DNA of 64,000 nt, from contig OX597815.1 in NCBI GenBank assembly GCA_951406725.2, forward strand, positions 161,944,001-162,008,000. The letters are read 5' to 3'. Of this stretch, positions 39,283-54,406 are shown in pieces. Position 1 is the stretch's first letter. Each line of letters opens with the position of its first letter. This DNA is from Octopus vulgaris. Lineage: Eukaryota. The notes below the pieces were generated by a model that worked only from the letters and a program-made list of their open reading frames with translations, was not told the origin of the DNA and searched no databases. A program made the position numbers and the translations under genes.

Positions 39283-40500
39283 ATAGTGATAATAATAATA
39301 ATCCTTTCTACAAAAGACACAAGGCCTGAAACCTTTAGAGAGGGTGCTAGTTAAATACATCTACTCCAGTGTGTAAATGGTACTTATTCCATTAACCCCG
39401 AGAGGATAAAAGACAAAGCATTTTGCCTGGTATGTTAACAATACTTTTCTACTCTAGGCACAAGGCCCAAAATTTGTGGGGAGGCGGTCAGTCAACTAGA
39501 TTGACTCAAGTACTCAACTGGTACTTAATTTATCGACCCCAAAGGGATGAAAGGCAAAGTCAACCCCAACAGAATTTGAACTCAGAACATAAAGACAGAC
39601 GAAATATCGCTAAGCATTTTGCCCAGCATGCTACCAATTCTGCCAGCTCACTGATTTATTATCGATTTCAAATTTTGGCACAAGGTCACCAATTTCAGGC
39701 AGGGGGTAAACCAACTGTATCAACCCCAGTGCTCAACTGGTACTCATTTTATTGACCCTGAAAGGGTGAAAGGCAAAGTTGACCTTGGCAAAATTTGAAG
39801 TCAGAATCTAATGACATTTTGTCTGGCATACTAAGGATTCTGCCAGCTCACAGAATAGGGACGGTGATGATCACCATCATCATGATCATGATCAAGATGA
39901 TGGTAATGATAATGATGGTGATGATGGTAGCGGTGACAGTGATGTTGATGGAGGTGGTGGTGGTGGTGATGATGATCATAGTAGCAACAACAATGACAAC
40001 AATAAAAATGATTTCTTTCTTTTGCCATGAGGGCATCAGATAAGAGCAATGTTACAAGGAGAGTTTACAATTTTTGTTGGGGGTTTTACATAAAAGATGA
40101 AAGGGAGAGGAGTCAGAAATAAAATATACCTAGAGTACATATTATATAAACACATCCATGATACTTTAACTAGTCTTATTCTTTCTTTTTAAAAATCCAT
40201 CCATGTCTACATGGTTAAAAGGTTTTCTTTGCAGCCATGTGGTTTTAGGTTCAGTCCCACTGCACAGCACCTTGGACAGATGTCTTCTACTATAGCCCCA
40301 AGCCAACCAATGCATTCTGTGTGCATTTGGAATGTGGAAACTGTGTAGAAGCCTGTCATGTGTGTCTATTTATTATCTTTTACTTTTTACTTGTTTCAGT
40401 CATTAGACTGTGGCCATGCTGGGGCACCTCCTTGATATATATTATATATATATATTTATATATATAATAATATATTATATATATATATATATATTTATAG

Positions 40501-40546
<46 letters not shown>

Positions 40547-40959
40547 ATACACACTCACACACACACATACACATACACACATATGTATGTGTGCATATCT
40601 ATGTGATGTGTGTGTGTGTCTTTGTGTTTGTATTCCCCCACCCAACACCACTTGACAACTACTGTTGGTTTGTTTACATTGACCCTAGTGCTTAACTGGT
40701 ACTTATTTTATCAACCTCAAAAGGATGAAAGGCAAAGTTGACCTTGGTGGTATTTGAACTCAACGGTGTGTCTGGCATGCTAGCAATTCTACCAGCTCAC
40801 CAACTAGAACATCTCCATAACTTAGCAGTTCAGCAAAAGAGACCAGCAGAATACTTACAACATTTAAAGATGAGTACTGGAATCAATTTTTTTAACTGAA
40901 ACCCTTCAAGATAATGCCCCAGCAGAGCCACAATCCAACGACTGAAAGAAATCAAGGAT

Positions 40960-41370
40960 TTGGGTGTGTGGTAAGAAGTCTGGTTCCCAACCACATAGTT
41001 CCAAGTTCAGTCCCACTGTGTGGCACTTTGGGCAAGTGTCTTCTACAATAACCTCAAGCTGACCAAAGCCCTGTGAATAAATTTGGTAGACAAAAACTGA
41101 AAGAAGCTTGTCATGTGTGTGTGTGCATGCCTCCATGTATGTGTGTGTATGTATCTATGTGTGCATCGTTGTGTCTGTGTTTGTCCCCCGCCACTATTTG
41201 TCCAACCAGTCTTGGTTTGTTTGCATCCCCATTACTTAATGTTTTGACAAAAGACACCAATAGAATAAGTAGCAGGCTTAAGAACAAAAAGGTCCTGTGG
41301 TCAATTAGTCCAACTAAAACCCTTCAAGATGGTGCCCCAGCATGGCCACAGTCAATTGACTGAAACAAGC
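40960..41370 (+). mobile_element. SINE family A
   Basis: Diverged full-length copy. Confidence 0.7.
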
Positions 41371-41864
41371 AATACTTAATTTATATGACTTTGGAAAAAT
41401 AAAAGACAAAATCAGCCTTGGGCAGATTTGAACTCAGAACATAAAAGACATATATAAACACAATAGATTTTTGTCCTTCACTCTACTCCTGTTAATTCAC
41501 TACTAGAGTCTATATTTATTCTAAGGTTAATGGAAGGGGAATTTTATTTATATTCCTCCAGGTTACCAACAATTTGGTGGGATCGACTTCCAGCTACAAC
41601 CACCAAAGAAGATACGTTTTGCTATCTTTTTTAATATCTCTCCCTCAGAGTAAAAATTTCCTAAAACTGCAATATAGCCAATAAAAAGAAATATATTCCA
41701 TCCTCAAGTATGAGAGAAAACACATAAGCTTAAATACACACTCATGTCTAAAATATCAAAATATTTTAGTTGTGAGTAAAAACATAAATGGAAGCTACAC
41801 CACACGAATGACAAATGAAAGTAAAATCCAGAAGCATTAAAAACACTTCTTTCCGCTGGTAATC

Positions 41865-41899
<35 letters not shown>

Positions 41900-41954
41900 T
41901 GATGATGACGATGATGATGATAATAATAATAATAATATTAATAATAATAATAAT

Positions 41955-42009
<55 letters not shown>

Positions 42010-43117
42010 TCAACAAATCGAACAATAAACCGCATTGGTCGTCGCACGGATTACAAAAGACCACGTACCCGAAAATTGAACCAAATTCTGATTGAAAAAT
42101 CAGCTACTGGATCAAATCTTCCCAACACACAGGAGCTGGACGCACCCTACAACCGGAATATTCCAACAGATGGCCATCCATGCTCGTCATCAAATAATCA
42201 AAAGAAAAAGAAGGAAAAATGGTCTAGGGAAGATAATAAAGAAGTTCTTGAGGCCTTCTACCATGCCATATATTTCCCCACAGATAAATCTAACACTGTA
42301 CAAACATACTTAAACTGGAGACAGAAACACCCTGAAATAAGACCCTACATAGACAGTAACAAACTTGCCAATGTCAGAAGAAACATTATAAAAAAAAAAT
42401 AACTGACTGAAGTAGAGATTGATCAAGTTAGACAAGCAGTAACGGATAGAATGAACGAAGCTGCAACTTAAGAAGATAATACAGAGGAAATAATTATAGA
42501 CCAGCCCAGGGCTGATAAAAACGAAGTAAGGATTGAAAGAGTTAGTATAAGTGATAGGCAAAGTGAAATACTCCCTGAACCAATCATAAACACTAAGACA
42601 GATGAACATCAAATAGATAAAGAAAGTCACACAAATATTGACCCAACAGAACTACATGAGCTAAAAAATCAAATCATGATTGAATGACGGAAAATTAAAG
42701 AAACCAGCATGGATGAACGTGATACACTCCCTAAAATCCGCAACTCTAACCAAAACATGAAAATAATTGGTAAAATCTGGCTTGCACTTAAGGATATAAT
42801 TTCAGCTAATGATGTTGATATTACAAATCTCAACCACCTATACTATGCATCCGTGAAAATCTCAACGATCCTATGTGGTGTAAAGATTAGAAAACGGCAA
42901 CATTCCCACAAAAGCCTTCTTGGCAAGAGTGTCTGCAACAACAAATTAAACTATTTAGATCTGACATTGAATATTTGAAAAACCTTAAGGTTCACAAGAC
43001 TACCAAACCTACAAAAACCCAAAAATTGCTGAAAAAATACAATATGAAAACTATACTTGATATTGATGCCACCATAGAAACCATCAAACAAAAGGTATCT
43101 GCCAAGCTGCCCGCATA

Positions 43118-44263
43118 GTGAGGTATGAAAAGTGTGTTAGATTTTTCAAGGACAACAACATGTTCAAAAATAACCCCAAGAATTTTTACAGGAAGATAGG
43201 AAAAACAGCGTTTACTGCAAGGTCTGTACCATCAAAAGAAGTGCAGGGATTTTGGAATAAAATTTGGGCAGAAGAAAAAACACACAACGAAAAGGCCCCC
43301 TGGATTGACAAAATATCTACAGAACTGGACCCCTTAGAAGAGCAAAAGTGGGAGGGTGTCAAGGTAGAAGATATAAGATCTGCTCTCAGGAGGTCAAGCA
43401 AATGGAAGTCTCCAGGAAAGGATAAAATTCCTAACTTCTGGCTGAATGCCTTCCCAGAGAGCCATGAACTGCTAACAGAACTGTACAATGATGTTTTGCA
43501 ACACCCTAGTAGGATGCCTCCTTGGCTAGTTAATGGGTTAACATTCCTGGTTCCAAAAAGTGAAGAAACAAATGAACCAAAAAACTATAGACCCATAACC
43601 TGCTTAACAACTATGTACAAAACGCTAACATCTGTCCTGACGGAATATACTTATAGTTTTTTAACAGACAGCAGCATATTCCCTAATGAACAGAAAGGAT
43701 GTAAACGTGGATCCTACGGCTGTAAAGATCAACTACTCATCAATAAGATGATCTTAGAAGATTGTCACAAACGATACAAAAACTTATCAATAGCCTGGAT
43801 AGACTATAAAAAGGCTTTTGATAGCCTACCACATAGCTGGATTAGGAAATGCCTGGAAATGTATAAGATAGCACCTACTCTGCGAAACTTTTTGACTATA
43901 AGTATGAGATCATGGAGAACCACACTAACTCTGAACAGTGACAATGAATCCCTAAATGCTGGTGATGTAAAAATTTTGTGTGGCATTTTCCAGGGTGACT
44001 CACTGTCACCACTCCTCTTTTGTTTAGCCTTAATACCTCTCTCAAAACTGCTCAATGATGCACAGTACGAGTATAAAATGTTTGATAAAAATATAAATCA
44101 TCTCATTTACATGGATGATTTAAAGCTTTTTGCAAAAAATGACCAACAACTCAAGGGCTTACTAGTGATAGTCAAACAATTCAGTGACGACATCAGAATG
44201 CAATTCGGCCTCGATAAATGTGCAAAACATCTAATGTTAACCTTGACCAGCAGAATGTCATAA
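43118..44263 (+). pseudogene. reverse transcriptase domain of the R4/Dong element (largest remaining ORF piece)
   Basis: 381-aa ORF with non-LTR RT motifs including YMDD, frameshifted at both ends. Confidence 0.9.
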
Positions 44264-45559
44264 AAGAACTAGACCCAGTGGAGAGCTACAAGTACCTAGG
44301 GGTAATTGAAGGGAACGGAATAAGGCATTCAGAGATGAAGGAAAGAATCGGGAGAGAATGCTATCGAAGAGTGAGAGCAATACTCAAGACAGAGCTGAAT
44401 GCAAGAAACAGAACTAAGCGATCAATGCATTAGCCATACCAGTAGTGACTTACAGTTTCAATATCGTTAACTGGTCAATTACTGAAATATGTCAGCTCGA
44501 CAGAAAAATAAGAAAACTGTTGACAATGCATAGAATGCACCACCCTAAGGCAGATACAGAACGACTTTATCTGCCAAGAAAAGAGGGAGGCCGTGGTCTT
44601 TTGCAACTGGCAATAACAATGAAAATTGCTATAATTTGCCTAGACACCTACCTGAAAAAGTCTGAGGACTGGATGTTAAAACTTGTCTCAAAACATGAAA
44701 ACAAGAAAGCATCATACTCAGTAACAAAACAGGCAAATGAATATGTAAGTGAATTCCGAATACAACAAATTTCAGAATTAGAGATAGACATACAAGAAAC
44801 AAGCACAGAAAAAGCTAGGCGCATGAAAACCCGTGCCAAAACTGCGGCCTTAGATATTCTGAATAATAAATGGCAAGAAAAACCTCTTTATGGCAAATAC
44901 CCTAAGAGAGCGAATAATGCAGATATTGATAAAACCCTGACCCATCAATAGCAGCTCAAGATCAATGCCTACCAACAAGAAACTACCAGGCCAACATATT
45001 AAAGAACGGCAGTAGCCCAACATGTCGTGTATGCCGACAACAAAATGAAACCATTGACCATGTTGTCTCCAAATGCAGTCTTCTAGTGCCTACAGAGTAC
45101 CTCAACAGGCATAATAGAGCTGCACAATATATTCACTGGGTAATTTGCAAAAACCTGGATTTGCCCCATGAAAAAAACTGGTGGGAACACAATCCACCTC
45201 CAGTGCTTGAAAATGACCACATCTCACTCCTCTGGAACTTCACCATTCAAGCTGACAGAAAGATAGATGCAAATAGGCCAGACATCATATTGAAAGACTT
45301 CAGACAAAGAACATGCCTCCTCATTGATATGACTGTCCCAATCGATATAAACGTATCTGTCAAGACCTACCAAAAACTGAGCAAATATAAAGATCTTGAA
45401 ATAGAAATCAGCAAAATGTGGAACCTGAAGACTAAAACAATACCTGTTGTCATAGGTGCCCTGGGAATGATAGTGAAAGGAGCTGATTGCTACCTAACTC
45501 AGATACCAGGAAACCCCAAAATGGCAGAAATTCAAAAGATAGTGCTCATGGGAACTGCT

Positions 45560-45927
45560 CATCATCATCATCATCATCATCATCATCGTTTAGCGTCCGT
45601 TTTCCATGCTAGCATGGGTTGGACGGTTCTACTGGGGTCTGTGAAGCCAGAAGGCTTCATCAGGCCCAGTCAAATCTGGCAGTGTTTCTACGGCTGGATG
45701 CCCTTCCTAACGCCAACCACTCCGTGAGTGTAGTGGGTGCTTTTTACGTGCCACCCGCACTGGTGCCAGACAGAGCTGGCAAACGGCCACGAACGGATGG
45801 TGCATTTTATGTGCCACTGGCACGAGGGCCAGGCGAGGCTGGCAACGGACACGAAACGTTCTCTTACATGCCACCGGCACTGGTAACACATCTGCAATTT
45901 CCATTGATCGATTTCGATTCTGATCCT
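45560..45927 (-). mobile_element. RTE 3'UTR-derived element inserted into the last codons of the Dong ORF
   Basis: Splits GTAH|ILRKILSM*. (CAT)n plus the reverse-complement 3'UTR. Confidence 0.8.
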
Positions 45928-46160
45928 CATCCTACGCAAAATACTCTCTATGTAATCCCAAGGTTTAAAACAAACTTTTTTCTTTTTAATTTATGTATTA
46001 AACATTCACTAGTACAACACCAAAAAAAAACCCAAATATATGGCACACTAGGCATAACAACAATGTGAACTTCCAACCTGTTGTCTCTTGAGGTCTCTGG
46101 GTGAGACTTGGAGCCAACTTGTACAGACATAAAGCAAAAGTCAAACATAGAATAATAATA

Positions 46161-46228
<68 letters not shown>

Positions 46229-46232
<4 letters not shown>

Positions 46233-48205
46233 TTGGATGCGGATATAAATGTTACGGCAAAACGATCAGCCACCTTTTATATATGGATGACCTAAAACTA
46301 TACGCTGCAAATGACAAGCAGCTGGAAACACTATTAAAGAGAGTTCATGGATTTACCAAAGAAATAGATATGAAATTGGATTAGAAAAATGTGCCAAAGT
46401 AACCCTGAAAAGAAGAAAACTAGTTAAGAGTAGCAACATCACACTAGATAAAACCAATGAAATAAAAGAATTAGACCAAAGCCAAAGTTACAAATACTTA
46501 GGAATCCATGAACTAGATAAGACACAACACACACAAATGAAAGAGAAAATAAAAAAAGAATATTATAGACGAGTTAGATCAATACTAAAATCAGAGCTCA
46601 ATGCTAAAAACAAGATAATAGGTATTAACACTTTAGCTGTCCCAGTTATAAGTTACAGCTACAATATCCTTAACTGGACACTAAATGAACTGACCAAAAT
46701 AGATAGGAAAACAAGAAAAATAATGACAGGATCTAGGATGCATCACCCAAAATCTGACATAGACAGACTATATATACAACGTATAGAAGGTGGCAGAGGC
46801 CTTATACAGCTGGAAAACTACAATAAAATAAACACCAGAGGACTGCAAAAATATCTACTTCAGAAGGAAGGAAAACTGATACAAATAGAGGCAAAACACG
46901 AGCAAAACAAAAAACTGTTCTCAGTATTTAAGGAAGCTGACAAATACAAACAAGAAATCATACCACTTAATAAATATGAAGAAGAAGAAGAAGAAGAAGA
47001 AGAAGAAGAAGAAGAAGAAGAAGAAGAAGAAGAAGAAGAAGAAGAAGAACAAAAGCTATAAAACAAATGAAATCCAAACTAAAAATAGAACAGCAACGAA
47101 CCATGATAAAACGATGGCAAGAAAAGCCCCTTCATGGTAAATACTGGACTAAGCTAAACATAAAAGAAATAGACAAAGAAAAATCCCAGCAATGGTTGAG
47201 AAGCTCAGGACTCAAAGCAGAGACAGAGGGATTTTTAATTGCAGCACAAGACCAAAGCCTCCCCACCAGAAATTACCAAAAACATGTAATGAAAAGAAAT
47301 ATAACAAGTAACTGCAGAATATGTGGAGATGGACAAGAATTAATAAATCATATTATCTCTGGCTGCTCAGTCCTGGTTAAGAAGGAATATATTCACAGAC
47401 ATGACAGAGTTGGAACCTACATACACTGGAAGCTATGCCAACATTATGGAATCACAACAGAAAAAAGATGGTATAGGCACACACCAGAAAAGGTCACAGA
47501 AAACGAGAAAGCAACCATACTCTGGGATATGCCGATACACACAGATAGAGAAATTAAAGCCAACAGACCAGATATAGTTGTCAGAGATCATGAAGAAAAA
47601 AATGCTTTCTAATTGATGTATCAATACCGGCAGATGACAACGTGTCTCTAAAAGAAATGGAGAAACTTTCAAAATACAAAGACCTGGAAATAGAGGTAAC
47701 CAGAATGTGGAATCTAAAAACAGAAACAATTCCTATCATAGTAGGTGCATTAGACATGATAAAAAAATACATAACAAAAACACCAGGACTTACAAACACA
47801 TATAACATACAGAAAATTGCACTACTAGGCACTGCACACATCCTACGCAGAACACTTTCCATACAATAACCATCAGAGCATCACAACAAATCACAGCACA
47901 TACCCAAGGCACACAGAGCTGCGCTCGGTAGTGAAGGTGAGCTGGCATAAACGTTAGCACGCTGGGCGAAATGCGTAGCCGTATTTCGTCTGCCGTTACG
48001 TTCTGAGTTCAAATTCCGCCAAGGTCAACTTTGCCTTTCATCCTTTCGGGGTCGAAAAATAAAGTACCAGTTATGCACTGGGGTTGATGTAATCGACTTA
48101 ATCCGTTTGTCTCTCCTTGTTTGTCCCATCTGTGTTTAGCCCCTGGTGGGTAGTAAAGAAATAGGTAGTGAAGTGAAAGCACGATATAAAAATAAAACTA
48201 CTGAA
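46229..48205 (+). mobile_element. 5'-truncated second R4/Dong-like element (different subfamily)
   Basis: YMDDLKL at ~46280, MHHPKSDIDRLY..GGRGL, CRIC..HIISGC, RPDIVVRD and GTAHILRRTL*. (GAA)n expansion at 46978-47049; flanked by (AAT)n. Confidence 0.88.
47937..48163 (+). mobile_element. SINE family B with TSD, in the Dong 3'UTR
   Basis: TSD ggtagtgaag at 47927-47936 and 48164-48173. Confidence 0.85.
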
Positions 48206-48207
48206 TG

Positions 48208-48250
<43 letters not shown>

Positions 48251-48284
48251 TAATGATAATAATAATAATATGCTCTGCTACCAT

Positions 48285-48840
48285 ATGCCCTTATGTAGTA
48301 CCAGGCAGTGGCTCTCGTGGCTTCTGATCTTAACTGATTGGAAGTGTTATCATGTAATTGTTTTGATATGGTATAAAAGATGGGCTACAGCAAATATTCT
48401 GTTCAATACCACAGATTTGCTTGTCAGTTGTTTGACCATAACCAGTTGAGCATGTCTCTTAGTGGCTGATGATATGTGCATCTCTGATCACAAGCAGAAG
48501 CAGTGGAGAAGCATCATAGCCATGTGTTGAAAGGAATTCTTAGAAGTTTGGATAATTCACCTTTGGAAACATGAGTGTTTTGTTCAACATTCTTAAACAA
48601 CCCTTATTCAGGGACCTTTTTAGTGGGATGGGTTACTCGACCAGAAGAAAATTCTAACTGGGCCCCACCTGCAAGGCCATGTACTGTTTATCTTGATATG
48701 AGATCACCATGTCGTGCACATACGGTTGTGATGCATGTGCCTAGTGTACCCTTATCAAATGGGTAGTCATGATGGGTATACTGGGCTTTGTATATTTTAC
48801 CCCAGTGTCATATTGATGGCATGCACTGCTCTCTCACTCA
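48285..48840. mobile_element. second copy of the unclassified ~550-bp repeat
   Basis: Colinear with 38294-38838. Confidence 0.75.
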
Positions 48841-48850
48841 ATAATAATAA

Positions 48851-48893
<43 letters not shown>

Positions 48894-48918
48894 GGTGGTG
48901 GTGGTGGTGGTGGTGGTG

Positions 48919-48975
<57 letters not shown>

Positions 48976-49699
48976 ATGATGATGATGATGATGATTATGA
49001 TGATAACATCCAGAAAAATGCCATGAATAAATAAGTTTTAAATTTAAATATTTTTACTTTTTATTCCTTCTGTCTGGTTTACAATCCTTGACTATAATTT
49101 GGAAAAAAAATATATATACAAAAACAAAAACAAATAAAAAAAAAAGAAACATGTTTGGTTTAAGAATAAGGAAAGAAAGAAAAGATAAACATTATTGTGC
49201 ATATCATCAGAAATCTGTAATTTGACACTTTAATAGTATGTTTCTGAATTAGCGATGGCATTTTGAGGTTAAAGTACTAAGTGTGTCATACACACACACA
49301 TACACACACACGTATACATGTATGTATATATATATATATGTGTGTGTGTATATACATGTATGTATATATGTATATATGTAAATATATACATACACATACA
49401 CATGCATATATATATATTAATACAAAATTATACGTATAAATATAAATATTACATATATATTTTTTGAATATACATACATATGTATATTTACACACACACA
49501 AATGCATATATGTATGTAATATACACTTCACTAATATAAATATGTGTGTTAGTAGAGGGAGAGAGAGCGAGGGGTGGGAGAGAGAGATAAACAGACAGAC
49601 AGACAGACAGAAACAGAGAAAGTGGGAGAAAGCAGATTAGTGTTAATTTACTATAAAACCAAGATTTGTTGAGAAAACAGTTTTGCATTCGATGCATTA

Positions 49700-50795
49700 G
49701 CTGATGTATGCTGCAGGGGTAGGTCCACTGGTATGGCTACCTAATACAAGTGGCTACCACATGCTGGGAAAAAAATTGCAATGAGCTGCAGTGGGAGGAT
49801 ATGTGACATGTGGCATAAGAGTATGTAAGCCAGTACAGAGACACACCAAGATCACACATGCTAAAAAGAAAAAAATGAAGTACAAATAATTCTACATGGT
49901 AGTGAGACATGGGCCCTGAATGCAGAGGACATATGAAGGCTAAAGAGGAATGAGCTAGTATGCTTCCCAGGATGTGCAATATAAGGGTATAACATGTGAT
50001 AGAGTGTTCGTGCGCTGAGAGAAAAGTTAGGTGTAAGAGGATTTAGATTCAGTGTGCAGGAGAGAAGATTGCGCTGGTTTGGTTATGCAATGCAGATGGA
50101 TGTTGACAGCTCCGTAAAAGAAGTGCCAATCACTCAAAGTGGATGGAATTCATGGAAGAAGGAAACCCAGGAAGATATGAGAAGAAGTATGGAACGATGA
50201 TCTCAGAACACTGAACATTATGGAGGTATGATAAAGAACCAAGATATATTTCTTTACTGCCCACAAGGGACTAAACACAGAGGGGACAAACAAGAACAGA
50301 CAAAAGGATTAAGTTGATTACATCGACCCCAGTGTGAAACTGGTACTTTATCGACCCCGAAAGGATGAAAGGCAAAGTCAACCTCGGTGGAATTTGAACT
50401 CAGAACATAACGACAGACGAAATACCACTAAGCATTTCGCCCGGTACGCTAACGTTTCTGCCAGCTCACCCTGGACTATGCTGCACTCAAGAAGACCTGT
50501 CCTCCAAGGCAGAATTATTAATGCTGCTCCTCTTGATGAAGAGGATTGGCCTGCAATAGTCTTGTGCTGGTGCCATGTAAAAATCACACATGTTGGCGCC
50601 ATGTAAAATCGCTCATGCTGGTGCCATGTTAAAAGCACCCAGCACACACTGTAAACTGGCTGGCATTAAGAAAGGCATCCAGCTGTAAAAACCAAGCCAA
50701 ATCATACTGGGGCAGCTCTCCTGCTTGCCAGCTCTGGTCAAACCATCCAACACATGCCAGCATGGAAAACAGATGTTAAAGGATGATGATGAAGA
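49700..50795 (+). mobile_element. decayed RTE LINE 3' part, interrupted by a family B SINE (50250-50470, minus)
   Basis: GSETWAL, ERRLRWFG and GKPRK remnants, followed by the 3'UTR and (GAT)n. Confidence 0.7.
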
Positions 50796-51034
50796 TGAAT
50801 GTCAGATTGAAATGAGTCAGATTGAAGGGTTTTAGTCAAACAAATCAATCCCAGTGTTAATTTTTTTTTTGTTTTTTTAAAGTCTGGTACTTATTCTGTT
50901 GATCACTTTTGTTGAACTGCTAAGTTGTGGGAACTAAAAATAAAGCCAACACCAATTGCCTTGCAATGGTGGGAGACAAACACAAGCACACATGCATATA
51001 TATACGTGTGTATGTGTGTGTTGTGTGTTAATAC

Positions 51035-51097
<63 letters not shown>

Positions 51098-51849
51098 TAC
51101 ACACATATATATATATATATACTCACATATATATATATATAAAACACACACACACACACATATATATACACACTGGAAACTACTGCTGCTGCTTATAGTT
51201 CCATATGGAGTAAAGGAAAGAGAGTGATTACTATGAGATAAGAGAGAGTGAATGTTCTTCTTAAGGAGAGAGAGCCACTTCAGGGTTTGTGTGCATGTGT
51301 GTGTAAAATATATCTACGATTGGCTTCTTTCAGTTTCCATCTATGAAATCTACTCACAAGGCTTTGGCCAACCGAAGCTATTGTAGAAGACACTTGCCCA
51401 AAGTACCACACAGCGAGACTGAACCCAAGACCCCATAGTCTGGAAGCAAGCTTCTTACCACACAGTATACCTGCACCTATAAAAAAAAGTACTATACCCA
51501 ACATGTAGCTTAAACCCACATGCTCAAGAGTAAGAGTCTGAAGCTCTACCATTTAAGCAAGCTGAATGTGGCATGATTTTAGAAATTTTGGCAGGTGAAA
51601 TGACTGTTTAAAAACACCTTTTTTGGCTCATCTCTTTTACAAGTATTCAGAGCAAATTTCTGATCCAACATTTTAACGATGACCATTCCATCTTTTTACA
51701 TATCCTAGTATACATTGTCTAATATGAGCTTACATTTTTTAAGATACTATTTTCCTGTATACGAGGTGATGTAGTATGTAATGTAAACATCTAAACACCA
51801 TCAGTATCTTTTCAAATCCTGCTACATTTTAGATGGAAATTTTGGTCCT

Positions 51850-52205
51850 CCAAAATCATCTTAAAATTAGATGGCCCGAACACATAAGCAATATGGAGCT
51901 ATGGCAAAGAACAAATCAAGTTTTGATTAGGGAGCAAATGTTTAAGAAAACGTGGAAGTGGATTAGTAGCACACTTAGAAAAGACGCACAAAATGTAGTG
52001 AAAAGTGCTTTACAGTGGAAACCGGATGGATTTAGAAAGAGAGGTAGGCCTAAGAACTCATGGCATAGATCAACACAAAAGGAACTAGAGAAAGGGGGAC
52101 ATCCATGGCAGAGTATAAGTACAGAAGCGAAAAATTATGCGACATGGAATTTAACTATAAGTGGCCTATACCCCGCGTTGGAGGGTTAAAGGCAGGAAGA
52201 AGAAA
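51850..52205 (+). mobile_element. RTE LINE 3' end
   Basis: LKIRWPEHISNMELWQRT...ALQWKPDGFRKRGRPKNSW with a short (GAA)n tail. Confidence 0.75.
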
Positions 52206-54406
52206 ATCATCTTGATGTGTAAGTCAGCTGGCATTTTTTAGCTGTAAATTTTGGTTTGAAAAATCTGACTCATGTGCCTGAAAACACGGTATTCATTCAT
52301 AATATATTCAAGTATGCCGGACCATATTAAGAATGAATAGATATGTTATTGATTGGATTCTCACCGTTCTGCTTGCCCCCTATGTTTTATTATCTGTTTG
52401 GCAAACATCTGCAAGCATCAGCAAATAGGTTTGTTTGCAGATTCCTATAAACAAGTGCTCTTGTTCCTGTGAGAAACATTGGTTTGGGGACCTTAAACTG
52501 AAGATACACACAACAAGGTTGATACACCATTATGTCTCAAAGTCCCCTAACACCAGTGAATCACATGCATCATAAACACACATTGCTTTATGGGAGTGGT
52601 TGTTCTCCATTAAGAGTAATAACAACAGCAGTCAGATATCCACATATTATTATGTATTAAGAATCTATTAAGGATGAATAGATACTTAATTCTTTGGCTT
52701 CTCGGTGTTCCATATGCACTTCATGAATTATCTTTTATTCTTTTACTTGTTTCAGTCATTTGACTGTGGTCATGTTGGAGCACCACTTTGATGTGCTCGA
52801 GAAGGAACAAATGATGAAACGAATATATATATAGATATATATGTGTGAGTGGCTGTGTTTGTCTACCTCCCATTACTTGACAACTGTTGTTGGTTTGTTT
52901 ACAAGCCTGTAACTTAGCACTTCAACAAAAGAAACTGATAGAATTAGTACCACATTTCAAAAACCAAAAGTACAAGGGTTGATTTGTTCAATTAAACTCT
53001 TCAATGTAATACTCCAGCATTGGCACAGTCCAATAACCAAAACAAGTAAAAGAATAAAGATAAAAGAATACTTTATCCAAAATTCCAAACTTTCGAAAAT
53101 CACTAAAATATGAGATTGTTTCAAGAGACAACACTGCAAATGGAAAATTCCTGAAAGTACTTGGGAAGATTATTTAAAAAAGAAGAGTGCTGGATGTAGC
53201 CTAAAATGGAACTGTAAAAAGTGAAAGTAGTATGTAACTGACAGACTGTAATCAGCAGATTTACAGGGTTTTTTAAGTAAGTATTATATCGAATACTCTA
53301 ATAATTCTGACAATTTCAAAACATACAAACACACACTCATACATTCGGTGCAAATGGTTTTTTATACGGCACCGTTTTTACAATCCTGTAAATAATAATA
53401 ACGGTGCTTATGGCAATTACCATGCAATGACTAAGGAAAATAGTCTGATAAAGCGGCCCTCAACAGAAAAAATAAGGCTTTCCTTTTTGCATGGTAGTCG
53501 AACCCACATCCCTTTGTTAACATGGCTAAGTGTGTTACCTTTACACCAGCGAATCAGCCTCCCTTTACCTGTCAAATTTAAGAACTATAATAGTTTGTGT
53601 TTGTTTTTTATATGTAAATAAACTTTCTATATGCTTTCGATGCAAATGGTTTTTTATATACAGCTCCATTTTTACAATCCTGTAAATAATAATAATGGTA
53701 TTTTTATATGCTGATATATTAATGTTTGTTTTTATATTCTGTTGTAATAAAAACAATTTTACATTGATCAGATGGGCTCCTCAATACTTTTGTAGAGTAT
53801 TAATTTATTATTCTGAAAGAAGAATGTTGCTGATTGTGACTTTGAAGTTTCCGCATCCTCTCTCTTGTCCCTCTTCCCCTCTGCCACCACCACTCACACG
53901 TAACTAGATGTTCACCGGGCTGGATGTCATTTTTCTTGGCGCCCAACATTTTGCTTCTTCTATTTTCTTCTCTTTTAATTATTCTACTTCATTGAAAAAT
54001 TTCTCCCAGACATTACTCATTACAATTCGTCTTGGCCTGATGGCCCTTAATGTTTCTCTTCCTTGATTGTTTACTTTATATATCCACTCTGTCATTGTGT
54101 GTTCGTTCAAAGCTCTAACTCTCCATGAATTTTACATTTAAAAAATTTCTGGATGCTACTGTCTTATGAAGTTCCCTATATTGTTGTTAAAAGCATGAAA
54201 TAGAAGTAATAAACAGTCCGACAACTGATGAGGAGTTATCTTCTTTTGGTATTTTGTCCTGTACTTTTCTCACATGTGTTTACATATTTTTCATTTGTTG
54301 GTGATGTCCTGTACACAATGTGCATTTTTCATTTTATATATATATATATATATATATGCACACACATACACACATACACCCACATATATCTACATATATA
54401 TATATA

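Larger units (their letters stand above)
42007..46150 (+). mobile_element. near-full-length R4/Dong-clade non-LTR retrotransposon (single ORF: RT, CCHC and restriction-like endonuclease), inactivated
   Basis: N-terminal KWSREDNKEVLEAFY. RT motifs SPGKD, NYRPITCL, WIDYKKAFDS, GIFQGDSLSP and YMDD. CRVC..ETIDHVVSKC knuckle. RPDIILKD...IDMTVP...K..KY endonuclease. Multiple stops and frameshifts; flanked on both sides by (AAT)n. Confidence 0.9.
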
